Source of the DNA: a virus
Lineage: Duplodnaviria > Caudoviricetes
DNA: 56,641 nucleotides
Virus record (IMG/VR): IMGVR_UViG_3300044940_000530
Span: 1 to 56,641 of that record
Strand: one strand, 5' to 3'
The notes beneath the pieces are model-generated. The model made no database searches. It was given only the letters and a program-made list of their open reading frames with translations, and was not told the origin of the DNA. Numbering within the stretch: position 1 is the first letter of the stretch; the number at the start of each line of letters is the position of its first letter. The translations under genes and the position numbers were made by a program. This document shows positions 37,608 to 47,409 of the stretch, piece by piece.

Positions 37608-38591
37608 ATGCCATTGGAGTATGATCGTCTTGTGCGCAAATACGCGGCGCACCTTGCGAGCGTGTCCTGCACCGACACGCAGGTTCGCAAGGTATCCGAT
37701 TCGTTGTTCGGTCCGAATCACCCGCTTCGCATGGAGATCGACGAAGCCTGCGCCCGGCTCGGACCCGAACAGGCGACGTTGACCGATCTTCTCGGCGTGT
37801 CGTTCGCCAGCCACAAGCCGACCGCGTTGATGGGCACCTGCGTCATCGACAAGGATTCGCCCACTCCTCCGCTGCCGGGTGCGGGCGCGGTCGCGGTCGC
37901 GCCGGAGGTGCGGGTGAGCATCGAGCCTCCGGGGTTCGAGTTCATGCCGATGACGGCCACGCTCAACAGGGAGGCGCTCATCGTCGGCGTGCCGTTGTTG
38001 CTCTCGCCGATGGCGCTCTCCCTGTTCTGGCGGTGGCGCGACATGCTGGTGGCTTCGCCCCATAGCCTGACGCACTCCGATCCGGTGCGCGCTGTGCATG
38101 GATTCTTTACGGAGCGGGTAGTGGATACCGTGCTCAACATGCGCAGCGCGTTGATCGCGGGGCGGATCACCAGAAAAAATATACCTTTGGACAGGAAGCA
38201 CTATCTGATGTTCGCGCTCAACGTGGTCATCCGGTTCGGTGTCCCTGTCGTTGCGCATGTGCGCAAGCTTTACAAGCGACGATTGGCGGATTCGTGGTTC
38301 GTGTGCGCGTCGTTGCACTCCGGCATTCATGATCCGCTTTATCTTGATTCCATCGCGTTGCGCGACCTGACTGTGCCCGGCATCGCGCTCGATACCGGGC
38401 CGGTGCCTCCATGCGGCGCGTGCGACGATGGTCCGGAGGCGGCGCTATCACGATACGCCGATCCTGCGCGGCATGCGCTTTCGGTTGCCGTGCTGACTCC
38501 GGTCATCGGTGCGGAATCGGCGGAGCTTCTTGTTTCGATGCACGATACGTTGTGCGCAATCAAACAGGAGGATGGCGATGGATCGCGCTAG
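37608..38591 (+). CDS. Hypothetical protein, 327 aa
   Basis: SD GAGGGG; contiguous operon. Confidence 0.7.
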   Translation: MPLEYDRLVRKYAAHLASVSCTDTQVRKVSDSLFGPNHPLRMEIDEACARLGPEQATLTDLLGVSFASHKPTALMGTCVIDKDSPTPPLPGAGAVAVAPEVRVSIEPPGFEFMPMTATLNREALIVGVPLLLSPMALSLFWRWRDMLVASPHSLTHSDPVRAVHGFFTERVVDTVLNMRSALIAGRITRKNIPLDRKHYLMFALNVVIRFGVPVVAHVRKLYKRRLADSWFVCASLHSGIHDPLYLDSIALRDLTVPGIALDTGPVPPCGACDDGPEAALSRYADPARHALSVAVLTPVIGAESAELLVSMHDTLCAIKQEDGDGSR

Positions 38592-38859
38592 CTACCGTGT
38601 GTTTCATTCGCTGGTGTTCGTTGAAAGCCCCGGCGGTGGGATATTCATCCGCGCCGCCCCTCTCGCGGCGTTCATTCCCGATGGAGACATCCGGCTTGCG
38701 GTCGCTATGGCGCGCGGCACGGTCGAGCACAATGGCGTCAACCTTGCGTCTCTCGCTGCCGCCGTGCGTTCGTGGAACGTGGCATTGGATTATCGGGTTC
38801 GCAATGAGCGCAAGGAGCGCGAGCGAAAACACCCGAAGAGACCCGAGAAGAATCCATGA
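38578..38859 (+). CDS. Hypothetical protein, about 93 aa
   Basis: SD AGGAGG; overlaps both neighbours. Confidence 0.65.
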   Translation: MDRASYRVFHSLVFVESPGGGIFIRAAPLAAFIPDGDIRLAVAMARGTVEHNGVNLASLAAAVRSWNVALDYRVRNERKERERKHPKRPEKNP

Positions 38860-39128
38860 AGAAGCCCATGTTGACTCTTGCGCTCGGTTTGGAGGAGGTC
38901 GGCAGTTCCCACGGACTGTTCGACGCCTTGACCCTCAACCTGCATACGCGCGGCGTTCTGCACGAGGAATCCCCTGCCGTGATCACGGTCGATTGGTATC
39001 CGAGCAGAACAATACACGACATTCAACGTCATAACGCGAGTGTCACATACCTTCGCCAATACCATACCATGCTGAATAGGACCATGCTGAATAGGACCAT
39101 GCTGAACAGGAGAAAAACCCATGTTTGA
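38856..39128 (+). CDS. Hypothetical protein, 90 aa, with a 15-bp x3 repeat (TMLNR)
   Basis: ATGA-coupled; ACCATGCTGAAYAGG three times at 39066-39110. Confidence 0.55.
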   Translation: MKKPMLTLALGLEEVGSSHGLFDALTLNLHTRGVLHEESPAVITVDWYPSRTIHDIQRHNASVTYLRQYHTMLNRTMLNRTMLNRRKTHV

Positions 39129-40470
39129 ACTTGGCGGACCTGAAACGACCATCACGCGCGAGGCGATGATGAACGCCGCGTTGCGCGAGCTTTCCTATGG
39201 GCGGAACGTCAGGAGGACCATCCTTTCGTTGGCGGACTACAGTCCTTCGACGGATGTCCGGCATTTCCCGGCGTTCCTCAACCGCATTCTGATTCCGCTT
39301 GTCGATGCCTACTGCGCGCACTACACCGCGTTGACGGACCTTTTCGGCGAGGTCAACACCGGCAGGGTGGCGTTCGACGCGGCGACCGCTTCGGTCCTGG
39401 CGGCGTTCGAGCGATCAACCACCAACGACGAGTTGAACGCGCTCGCGGCGCAGACGCAGCAGGTCCGTGCGATGCACGCCAAGCACGTCAAGCGCGCAAG
39501 CGTCGTCGTCACGCAGGTATTCACCACGGAACCCCGGTTCGCCGCGATCAAGGTCGTGCCCGATTCGGGGAATCAACCCGCAACGCTGTCCCTCAAGGAC
39601 TATGTGCGGGTTACTGATTCCGCGTTCGGGACTGGCGCTGCGGCGGCGTTCTACGATGGCGAAATGTCGCGCGGCAGCGGCGGGTTGCACCTGCCGTTCG
39701 TGACGGATATCCCCATCGAGCGTTTCGTTTTCGAGTTGTCGGGGCTGCTGTCGCTTCCCGTCATGCGCCGGGACATGCCGGTTCTCACGTTCCTGCTGCG
39801 TCGCAACATCAAGGAAACCAACGCGCCCCCGGTGCCGGGAGACGAGTTCCCCGATTGCCTGTGCGTGCTCGCGTCCCGCGCCGGTGCCACCGTTGGCGAC
39901 GAGACGATGAATCGCTTTTGGAGCGCGGTGGAGGCGGCGGTCAACCGCCGGTTCATCGTGCATATGCTTCTCAAGAACCTCGACATGTATGCGCTGGGCA
40001 TGGAGAACATCACCACGGCAGCGGCGTTCGCGGCGTTCCCCGAGGTGGTGGACATTTCCCGACTCTTCGGAATCCCCGACACCATCCTCAACGCTTGTGC
40101 CGATGAGGGTATAAACATCAGTTTCCGCGTTCCGCGTTCCTCGGCGGCTTACGTCTCGGCTGCCAGGGCGCAGCAGCGCACGGCGCGCACGGCGGGCATG
40201 TCTGCGGCGGCGCTGCTTGATTACGCGAAGTTCGTCGCGTCGCTCGCCGTCTCCGCGCGGGCGTCGCGCAACATCCCGTGGGGGGTGGGCAAGTCGTTCG
40301 TCACCCATCTGGTGGCGAATGCCGCCAACAACGAGGCGTGGGGCGTCGCCAACCCGTTCGCTACGCGATTCGTCGTCGCGCACAGGCACAGCGACGACCT
40401 CGATTTCTGCGCCGGATACTGCACCGGGCCGGGAGCGTATTCCGCCCGCATAGGACTGCATACCTGTTGA
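39121..40470 (+). CDS. Hypothetical protein, 449 aa
   Basis: SD AGGAG; long ORF with the genome's typical codon usage. Confidence 0.8.
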   Translation: MFELGGPETTITREAMMNAALRELSYGRNVRRTILSLADYSPSTDVRHFPAFLNRILIPLVDAYCAHYTALTDLFGEVNTGRVAFDAATASVLAAFERSTTNDELNALAAQTQQVRAMHAKHVKRASVVVTQVFTTEPRFAAIKVVPDSGNQPATLSLKDYVRVTDSAFGTGAAAAFYDGEMSRGSGGLHLPFVTDIPIERFVFELSGLLSLPVMRRDMPVLTFLLRRNIKETNAPPVPGDEFPDCLCVLASRAGATVGDETMNRFWSAVEAAVNRRFIVHMLLKNLDMYALGMENITTAAAFAAFPEVVDISRLFGIPDTILNACADEGINISFRVPRSSAAYVSAARAQQRTARTAGMSAAALLDYAKFVASLAVSARASRNIPWGVGKSFVTHLVANAANNEAWGVANPFATRFVVAHRHSDDLDFCAGYCTGPGAYSARIGLHTC

Positions 40471-40500
40471 CTATTGATTCCTAATATGATTAAATGAATC
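40465..40500 (+). promoter_or_regulatory. Putative sigma70-like promoter for the polymerase block
   Basis: TTGACT followed by ATTGATTCCT and an AT-rich -10 region; shares TGTTGACT(A)TTGATTCCT with 46492. Confidence 0.5.
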
Positions 40501-40515
40501 GCTTGGGGGGTGGAC

Positions 40516-42453
40516 ATGCACTGCTTGACGTTGGACTTCGAGACCTATTACGACGACGAGTGCAGCCTGCGCAAACTTACACCGGCGCAGTATCTCACGC
40601 ATCCACGGTTTCATGTGCATGGCGCGAGCTTCCGTATTGATTCCTTGAGTCCACCCCCTGGCACCGATCCCCTCGCGCCCAAGGCGCGGTGGTTGTGGGC
40701 GGACAAGCTGCCCGCCTTCTTCGCCGCGATTGACTGGTCCAAGACGATTCTCATCAGCCACAACGCCGGGTTCGACGGTGCCGTGTTGGCATGGCACTAC
40801 GGCTGCACGCCGCATCTTTATGTGGACACGATGGGGATGGCCCGCGCCACCGTCTATGCCTACACCGGTTCGGCGTCGCTCGCCACCGTCGCCGCGCATC
40901 TCGGGCTTACGCCGAAGGGCACTACCCTCGCCCGCACCAAGGGGTTGACGACGGAAGCCATTCGCGCCGATGCCGATCTGGCCAAGGAGTTCGAGTCGTA
41001 TGGGGTCGATGATTCCGACATATGCTACGGAATCTACCATCTGTTGAAGAATCAGATGACCCCCACCGAGTTCAAGATCATGGATATGGTCGTGCGGATG
41101 GCGGTCAAGCCGCAATTGACGCTGAACCTCGATGTTCTTCGTGCGCACTACCACAATGTTGTGACCGACAAGGAAAAGTTGCTGGCGTTCCTCGCCACCC
41201 CCGCAGCGCGCGAAGCCATTGGCGTCGATGTCGAGAAGGGCACGCTGCTGTCCAACGAGAAGTTCGCCAACGCGCTGGCGCGTGTCGGCGTCGAGGTGCC
41301 CATGAAATGGTCGCCGAAGCAGTCCGCCTATGTGCCTGCGCTCGCCAAGACCGACGAGGGGTTCCGCGCGTTGCTCGAACACAGCAACGGTTATGTGCAA
41401 GCGCTGGCTGCCGCGCGCCTTGGCGTCAAGAGCACCATCGAGGAGACGCGCACGGCGCGCTTCATCTCCATCGGCGAAGCCAAGTGGCCCGCGCTCGCAT
41501 ACAAGGATTCGCCGGTCCCTCCCGGACGGCCGGTGATGCCGTTCCCGCTGCGCTACAGCGGGGCGCACACGCACAGGCTTTCAGGCGATTGGTCCCTCAA
41601 CATGCAGAATCTGGGACGCACAAGCCCGCTCAGGGCGTCGCTCGAAGCCCCGCCGGGCCATGTCGTGATCGCGCCCGATGCATCGCAGATCGAAGCGCGC
41701 GGCGTGGCGTGGATCGCGGGTGCGAAGAAGCTTCTGGATGCGTTCCGGCTCAAGCGCGATCCGTATTGCGACCTCGCATCCGTCATCTACAACCGCACCA
41801 TCACCAAGGCCGATGCGTTCGAGCGATTCGTAGGCAAGACCGGAGTCCTCGGGCTGGGTTACGGCATGGGCGCGCAGCGGTTCATGGTGACGTGCGCGAA
41901 TCAGGGCAAGGTGATCAGCCCCGAGCTTGCCCACCGTGCCGTCAGCGCCTATCGGTCGGAGTATTATCAGGTCAAGGAGTTCTGGTCGTTGTGCGATCAG
42001 ATTCTCGGCGCGATGGTCAGGCGCGAAGCGCGTCCGTTCCGTGACATATTCCACGTCAACGTCGATCAGTCCATCACGCTGCCCAACGGCATGCGGCTGT
42101 TCTACAATGACCTTCAAGTCACCCGGAACGAGGCGGGGCGGGAAAGTTTCGTCTATCGCTACGGGCGCGAGTGGAAGGGAATCTTCGGCGGGATGTTGAC
42201 GGAGAATCTTGTCCAGGCTCTTGCGCGCATCATCGTCATGGATGCCGCCGTCCGTATCCGCTACGAGCGTAAGGTTCCCTACTACCCGGCAGGGCAGGCG
42301 CACGACCAGTTGATATACGTGGTTCCCGAATCAGAAGCGGAGGCGATTCTTGCAATCGTGATCGAGGAAATGTCGCGGCCCCCGTGGTGGGCACCCGATC
42401 TGCCGCTCGCTGCCGAAGGGAAACCGGGGCGGAACTTCTTGGAAGCGAAGTGA
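40516..42453 (+). CDS. polA: DNA polymerase family A with 3'-5' exonuclease
   Basis: ExoI LDFETY, ExoII HNAGFD, motif A DASQIEAR, motif B KTGVLGLGYG, motif C AHDQ. Confidence 0.95.
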   Translation: MHCLTLDFETYYDDECSLRKLTPAQYLTHPRFHVHGASFRIDSLSPPPGTDPLAPKARWLWADKLPAFFAAIDWSKTILISHNAGFDGAVLAWHYGCTPHLYVDTMGMARATVYAYTGSASLATVAAHLGLTPKGTTLARTKGLTTEAIRADADLAKEFESYGVDDSDICYGIYHLLKNQMTPTEFKIMDMVVRMAVKPQLTLNLDVLRAHYHNVVTDKEKLLAFLATPAAREAIGVDVEKGTLLSNEKFANALARVGVEVPMKWSPKQSAYVPALAKTDEGFRALLEHSNGYVQALAAARLGVKSTIEETRTARFISIGEAKWPALAYKDSPVPPGRPVMPFPLRYSGAHTHRLSGDWSLNMQNLGRTSPLRASLEAPPGHVVIAPDASQIEARGVAWIAGAKKLLDAFRLKRDPYCDLASVIYNRTITKADAFERFVGKTGVLGLGYGMGAQRFMVTCANQGKVISPELAHRAVSAYRSEYYQVKEFWSLCDQILGAMVRREARPFRDIFHVNVDQSITLPNGMRLFYNDLQVTRNEAGRESFVYRYGREWKGIFGGMLTENLVQALARIIVMDAAVRIRYERKVPYYPAGQAHDQLIYVVPESEAEAILAIVIEEMSRPPWWAPDLPLAAEGKPGRNFLEAK

Positions 42454-42463
42454 GGACGAACCA

Positions 42464-42850
42464 ATGAACGACGACAAGAACACGGGCAAGGGTATGGGGG
42501 TGTTCCATCGCCCTCCGGCAAGGCTGTGTTCCATGCGCGGCGGGCGGTATTATTTCGTCGACTCGGAGAATCGCGAGTGTTGGAGCGACAACACGCGAAT
42601 CCTGCTCTACGACAAGGAACACGTCCAGGCCGTGCTGGCGCACCACGGGTATGTGCTGAAAGACGACGGGGCCACGATCATTCCTGCCACGCAAGATACC
42701 CCCTCCGCCCCCGTGCCGGAGACGGAGGCGTTCGTCGCGAGGCGAACCATGCCCACCAACATCGAGCGGTTCCTGAAGGACGAGGCCCCGGTTGGCGTGC
42801 GCCGCTCGGGCAAGAAGCCGTCCCTTGCCGAACGGCGCGGCAAGCGGTAG
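42464..42850 (+). CDS. Hypothetical protein, 128 aa
   Basis: SD GAGG; in the operon. Confidence 0.65.
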   Translation: MNDDKNTGKGMGVFHRPPARLCSMRGGRYYFVDSENRECWSDNTRILLYDKEHVQAVLAHHGYVLKDDGATIIPATQDTPSAPVPETEAFVARRTMPTNIERFLKDEAPVGVRRSGKKPSLAERRGKR

Positions 42851-42882
42851 CATAATGATTCGTAATCAGGAGAAAGAATCCA

Positions 42883-43575
42883 ATGGACCCCAGGCCGTTT
42901 TCGTGGTCCTTCTCGAAACTCAAGAACTTCGAGACATGCCCACGCCGTCACTACGCGGTCGATATCGCCAGACGGTGGACCGAAGAAGAATCGGCGCAGT
43001 TGAAATACGGCAACGAAGTGCATGACGCCATCGCCGCGCGCATCAGCAAGGATACGCCGTTCCCTCCCCAGCATCAGCACCTCGCCCGTGCCGTGGACAC
43101 GGTGCTCGCCTTGCGCGCGACCGGCGTCAAGATGCTGGTCGAGCAGCAACTTGCCGTCAATCGCAGGTTCGAGCCTGTGGGCTACTTCGAGCAGGGCAGG
43201 GACGGGGCGTGGTTCCGCGCCAAGGTGGACCTCTGCATCATCGATCCCGAGAGGCGCAAGGGCGCGGCTTTGGATTGGAAGACCGGAAAGAAGAAGGAGG
43301 ACATGCCGCAACTGGCGCTCACCGCGCTTGTCGTGTTCGCGCACTTCCCTGTCGTCGATTCGCTCGCATGCCAGTTCGTGTGGCTCCAAGACAACGACAC
43401 GACGACGAGCCACTACAAGCGCGAGGATACCCAACGCATCTGGGCTTCCTTGCTGCCGCGCTATCAGCGGCTGGAAGATGCCCACAACCGCCAGGACTAC
43501 CCGCCCGCACCGGGCCGCCTTTGTGCGAAGTGGTGCCCGGTTCGCGATTGCGAACATCACGGCAAGCAGTATTGA
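42883..43575 (+). CDS. PD-(D/E)XK exonuclease (Cas4/RecB-like, Cys cluster)
   Basis: WSFSKL..FETCPR, E..L, KVDL, DWKTGK, QL and C..WC....C. Confidence 0.9.
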   Translation: MDPRPFSWSFSKLKNFETCPRRHYAVDIARRWTEEESAQLKYGNEVHDAIAARISKDTPFPPQHQHLARAVDTVLALRATGVKMLVEQQLAVNRRFEPVGYFEQGRDGAWFRAKVDLCIIDPERRKGAALDWKTGKKKEDMPQLALTALVVFAHFPVVDSLACQFVWLQDNDTTTSHYKREDTQRIWASLLPRYQRLEDAHNRQDYPPAPGRLCAKWCPVRDCEHHGKQY

Positions 43576-43607
43576 TTCGTCAACCCTAGAAGAGTCGGAG
43601 AGCACCG

Positions 43608-43838
43608 ATGCAGACAGCACAAGCACAGCAATTGGTCGATGAAGCGGAAGCATACCTTCGCCGCGTCCGCGAGATCATGGGCATGCTGAACAACGACGGA
43701 TGGGAGATCAAGATGGCTTTGATTCCCCGCGAGGGTCCAAGCACGATCATGCAGGTCACTGCGTCCATCGCGCTCATCGAGGCCACGCGCCTCGTGTCGT
43801 TCACGGTCCGGCCGTCACCGGAACCGGAAGGCATGTGA
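43608..43838 (+). CDS. Hypothetical protein, 76 aa
   Basis: SD GGAG. Confidence 0.6.
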   Translation: MQTAQAQQLVDEAEAYLRRVREIMGMLNNDGWEIKMALIPREGPSTIMQVTASIALIEATRLVSFTVRPSPEPEGM

Positions 43839-43871
43839 CGCGCGAACTTTCGCGTTCGAGCGGGGAAGCCG

Positions 43872-44216
43872 ATGACGCCAGAAGGCAAGGTGAAAGCGAC
43901 CGTGCGCGCGAAACTCAAAGACGCGGGCGCGTATCTGTTCATGCCGGTGCAGAACGGCATGGGCGCGCCGAGTCTGGATTTCATCGGCTGCCACCGGGGG
44001 CGGTTCTTCGGGATCGAAACCAAGGCGGGCAAGGGCAAGGTGACGCCACGGCAGTGCCACACCGCGTCGCTCATGGCGCGCGCGGGCGCGGCGGTGTTTT
44101 TGCTGCACCCCGAGTGCGAGCGGCCATGGCTGCTGCTGGACAGGTTTCTGTGCGATCCCGCAGCGATTGTTGACTGCAAAGAATCGTTCCCTGGCATAGA
44201 ATCCTTCATGAAGTAG
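43872..44216 (+). CDS. VRR-NUC domain nuclease (resolvase-like)
   Basis: MTPEGKVK, G.P.LDFIGC..GRFFGIETKA..G..T..Q. Confidence 0.88.
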   Translation: MTPEGKVKATVRAKLKDAGAYLFMPVQNGMGAPSLDFIGCHRGRFFGIETKAGKGKVTPRQCHTASLMARAGAAVFLLHPECERPWLLLDRFLCDPAAIVDCKESFPGIESFMK

Positions 44217-44227
44217 GAACACCATTC

Positions 44228-44875
44228 ATGATTCGCGATAAGGGCGGAATCGGATCGAAGATGGCGGGCGGCAACCCCCATCCCGACCGAGGGCGCGAGA
44301 CGGACGACTTCTACGCCACCCCTCACGCGGTGACGGAGGCGCTGGTCCTCGAATACCGGCGGCTGTTCCATTATGCGCATGTCTGCGACCCCTGTGCCGG
44401 GGATGGCGCGATGGTCGATTCCATTATCAAGACCTCGCGCATGTGCGGCATGCCGGTGGCCGGTGTTCATGCGTCGGACATCGCGCCGCGTGCGGAGTCG
44501 ATCCATCGGATGGACGTATTCGATCTCACGCGCGACATGCTCGCCGCGAAGGACATTCATATCGTGGTGACGAATCCGCCTTTCAGTCTTGCCCCCGATA
44601 TCATCCACCATATCGGCACGGTCGCGGGGGTGGAGAAGCCGGTCGAAGAGCGATACCCCCTGGTGTTCGCGCTCGTGTTGAAATCGACGTTCTGGCAAGC
44701 CGCGCGCAGGGAGGCGCTGTTCCGGCGCTGGCCGCCGTTCGTGCTTCATCCGTTGCTATGGCGGCCCGATTTCAAGTCCCTCGGTGCGCCGACGATGGAG
44801 ATCATGTGGTGCGTGTGGATTTCGACACGGTTTGGCGCGCCCACTGGTTATGTTCCGCTGAAACGCCCAGGGTGA
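44228..44875 (+). CDS. Orphan amino (probably N6-adenine) DNA methyltransferase, 215 aa
   Basis: DDFYATP, SAM-binding DPCAGDG, SDI, catalytic IVVTNPPF. Confidence 0.85.
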   Translation: MIRDKGGIGSKMAGGNPHPDRGRETDDFYATPHAVTEALVLEYRRLFHYAHVCDPCAGDGAMVDSIIKTSRMCGMPVAGVHASDIAPRAESIHRMDVFDLTRDMLAAKDIHIVVTNPPFSLAPDIIHHIGTVAGVEKPVEERYPLVFALVLKSTFWQAARREALFRRWPPFVLHPLLWRPDFKSLGAPTMEIMWCVWISTRFGAPTGYVPLKRPG

Positions 44876-44878
44876 ATC

Positions 44879-46480
44879 ATGGACCTCAACAACAAGACTC
44901 CGCTGCCGCCAACGAATCAAGAATCCTCCGTGATGGTGAGCCGCGCCCACCGCACGGTGGCCGTGCCCTTCAACGAGACGCTGGCCGACTACATCAAGGA
45001 CGCCAAGCGCGTGACCTATGGCGGCAAGGACATGCTGCTCATACGGCACGACGAGGCCAACACCACCATCGCCCGCGCCCTCGGCGTGCCGGTGCCCGCG
45101 CCGATTCTCTGGCACTATGACTGGGCTGGCGGCGCGCCGTTCGTCGTGCAGCAGCAGACGGCGGCGATGCTCACCCTCAATCATCGTGCCTACGTGCTGA
45201 ACGACATGGGGACGGGCAAAACGCGCACCGTGCTGTGGGCATACGATTACTTGCGCAAAGCGAATCAGGTCCGTTCCGCTCTGATCGTGGCCCCCCTCTC
45301 GACGCTGACCAATGTGTGGGCGCGGGAGATATTCGCCACCGTGCCGCACTATTCCTACAGCGTGCTCCATGGCGATACCAAGGTGCGCCGCGAGCGGCTG
45401 GCGGCGAAGGCGGATATCTACATCATCAACCACGATGGAATCAAAGTCGTCGCGGATGCGCTGAAACTACATCCCGATATCGACTTGATCGTGATCGACG
45501 AATTGGCTGTGTTCCGCAACGGCGCTGCGGCACGCACGCGGACGATGCGGAAGCTGGCGGAATCCCGAAAGCGAGTGTGGGGGCTGACCGGTTCGCCGAT
45601 TCCCACAGAGCCGACCGATGCATGGGCGCAAGCCTCCATCGTCACGCCGTGGACGGTGCCCATGTCATACAACGGGTTTCGCGATCTCACGATGCAACGA
45701 ATCACGCAATTCAAATGGGTCCCGCGACCCACCGCGCTTGCGCATGTCGCCAACGCGCTGCAACCGAGCGTCCGGTTCACTCTGGATGAGATCGTGGAGT
45801 TGCCCGAGGTGATCCACCGCGAGGTGCCAATCACCCAGTCTCCGAAACAGAAGGAGGTCTATACCGCGCTGGAAAAGGAGCTTTACGCCAAGTTCCAATG
45901 CGGCGAATTGACCGTTCTCAATGCCGGGGTGCTGCTCAACAAGCTTCTGCAAATCTCTCTCGGCTGCGTGTATGTCAACAGCGGCGCGGTTTTCCACATG
46001 GACAACGCCGACCGCATACAGGCGTTGATCGATTCCATCGAATCGACGGATCGCAAGGTGATCGTCTATGTGCCGTTCATCCACGCCATGAAGAATGTCG
46101 TGGATGAGTTGACCAAAGCCAAGATCAGTTGCGAATCAGTATCGGGCGAGACACCGGCGTCAAAGCGTGCCGATATCTTCAAGCGTTTCCAGACAGACCC
46201 AAGCCCGCGCGTGCTTGTTGCGCACCCTCAATGCATGGCGCACGGCATCACGCTCACTGCGGCCAACACCATCATCTGGTTTGGACCTATCGCCAACAAC
46301 GAAGTGTTCGAGCAGGCGAACGCACGAATTAACCGTATCGGCCAGACTCACAAGCAACAGGTGCTCATGTTCGCCGGGACCACGGCCGAGCGGAAACTGT
46401 ATGCCCGGCTCAAAGAGCGCGGCGATACGCAATCGCTGCTGCTCGACATGATGGCGGAAACGACGCAACAACACGTTTAG
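44879..46480 (+). CDS. SNF2-family (SF2) helicase, 533 aa
   Basis: DMGTGKT, VAP, IDE, LTGSP, HGITLT and QANARINRIGQ. Confidence 0.92.
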   Translation: MDLNNKTPLPPTNQESSVMVSRAHRTVAVPFNETLADYIKDAKRVTYGGKDMLLIRHDEANTTIARALGVPVPAPILWHYDWAGGAPFVVQQQTAAMLTLNHRAYVLNDMGTGKTRTVLWAYDYLRKANQVRSALIVAPLSTLTNVWAREIFATVPHYSYSVLHGDTKVRRERLAAKADIYIINHDGIKVVADALKLHPDIDLIVIDELAVFRNGAAARTRTMRKLAESRKRVWGLTGSPIPTEPTDAWAQASIVTPWTVPMSYNGFRDLTMQRITQFKWVPRPTALAHVANALQPSVRFTLDEIVELPEVIHREVPITQSPKQKEVYTALEKELYAKFQCGELTVLNAGVLLNKLLQISLGCVYVNSGAVFHMDNADRIQALIDSIESTDRKVIVYVPFIHAMKNVVDELTKAKISCESVSGETPASKRADIFKRFQTDPSPRVLVAHPQCMAHGITLTAANTIIWFGPIANNEVFEQANARINRIGQTHKQQVLMFAGTTAERKLYARLKERGDTQSLLLDMMAETTQQHV

Positions 46481-46493
46481 GAATCGTTTCTTG

Positions 46494-46521
46494 TTGACTT
46501 TGATTCCTTATTGACTATACT
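46494..46521 (+). promoter_or_regulatory. Sigma70-type promoter TTGACT-N16-TATACT
   Basis: Near-consensus -35 and -10 boxes in an intergenic gap; GATTC at 46502 in the spacer. Confidence 0.75.
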
Positions 46522-46541
46522 CCCACAAAACGGAGCGAGCC

Positions 46542-47126
46542 ATGACGGAAGAGACAAAGACCAGAAACCCCAGAAAGCCCAGAAAGCCCCGGAAATCCGA
46601 AGCGCAACCCTCTTCTCCCGCACCCGAAGAGCGGCCAGCGCTTACGCCTGATTCGTCCGAGATCGGCACCGTGCCGCCGGACTTGATGACGCCGGACTTG
46701 ATGACGGGGGTGAACCTCACGCCCTCAATGCCGGTCAACCCGCATGCGGCCAAGCGCATCGCGCAATTCCTCGCCGTGCGGGATCGCATCGATCAGCTTG
46801 AGGAGGAACACAAGCGGCAGATCGGTCCTCTCAAGGATATTCTGGTGCAGATTCACAACGATCTGCTGCGCACGCTGCACGAATCGGGCATCGATTCCAT
46901 CGCTGTGCGTGGAGTCGGCACCGCGTATCGCACCGAGCGGCATTCGGCATCGATCACCGATCCGGAGATGTTCAAGGAGTTCGTCATCGTCCAAGGAGCG
47001 TGGAACATGCTGGACTGGAAAGCGAATGCCACCGCAGCGCGGACCTACGCCCTGCAAACGGGGGAGGTGCCGCCCGGACTGGACATATCCACGCGCGTCA
47101 TGCTCAACGTGCGGAAGAACCCATGA
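46542..47126 (+). CDS. Conserved phage replication-block protein, 194 aa
   Basis: Coiled coil followed by GT.YR....S..D...F...PPG....V..RK pattern. Confidence 0.75.
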   Translation: MTEETKTRNPRKPRKPRKSEAQPSSPAPEERPALTPDSSEIGTVPPDLMTPDLMTGVNLTPSMPVNPHAAKRIAQFLAVRDRIDQLEEEHKRQIGPLKDILVQIHNDLLRTLHESGIDSIAVRGVGTAYRTERHSASITDPEMFKEFVIVQGAWNMLDWKANATAARTYALQTGEVPPGLDISTRVMLNVRKNP

Positions 47127-47139
47127 TTCAGGAGGGAAC

Positions 47140-47409
47140 ATGTTTCGGAATACCGAGAATCTTCCGGTCTTTTTTCTGAAGAACCCTACGGACCTGCCGG
47201 ACGATCCTCCGACATGCTGCCTTGTCGTCTCCGATCCGGAAGCGGACGCTGTTGCGGTTGTGAACACGGCGCTCAGGCATATCGGCAAATCCGGCGATAT
47301 CGTGAAGGTGTTCCGCACCAGCATCAGCCCCGTGCCGACGATGTATCGCGTCGCCATCCGACCGGACGGTAGCCGGTCCACAGGATTCTTCGATCTTGTC
47401 CCCGCCTGA
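47140..47409 (+). CDS. Hypothetical protein, 89 aa
   Basis: SD AGGAGG before ATG 47140. Confidence 0.7.
   Translation: MFRNTENLPVFFLKNPTDLPDDPPTCCLVVSDPEADAVAVVNTALRHIGKSGDIVKVFRTSISPVPTMYRVAIRPDGSRSTGFFDLVPA

Noticed and set aside
32735-38330. Long minus-strand ORFs of 628 and 811 aa
   Set aside because: Antisense shadows of the AAA+ and VWA genes, expected at high GC3; no motifs. The same applies to 7873..9378 and 53883..55775.
42883-43575. Cas4 as evidence of a CRISPR system
   Set aside because: Stand-alone Cas4-like PD-(D/E)XK exonucleases are routine in phage replication blocks.
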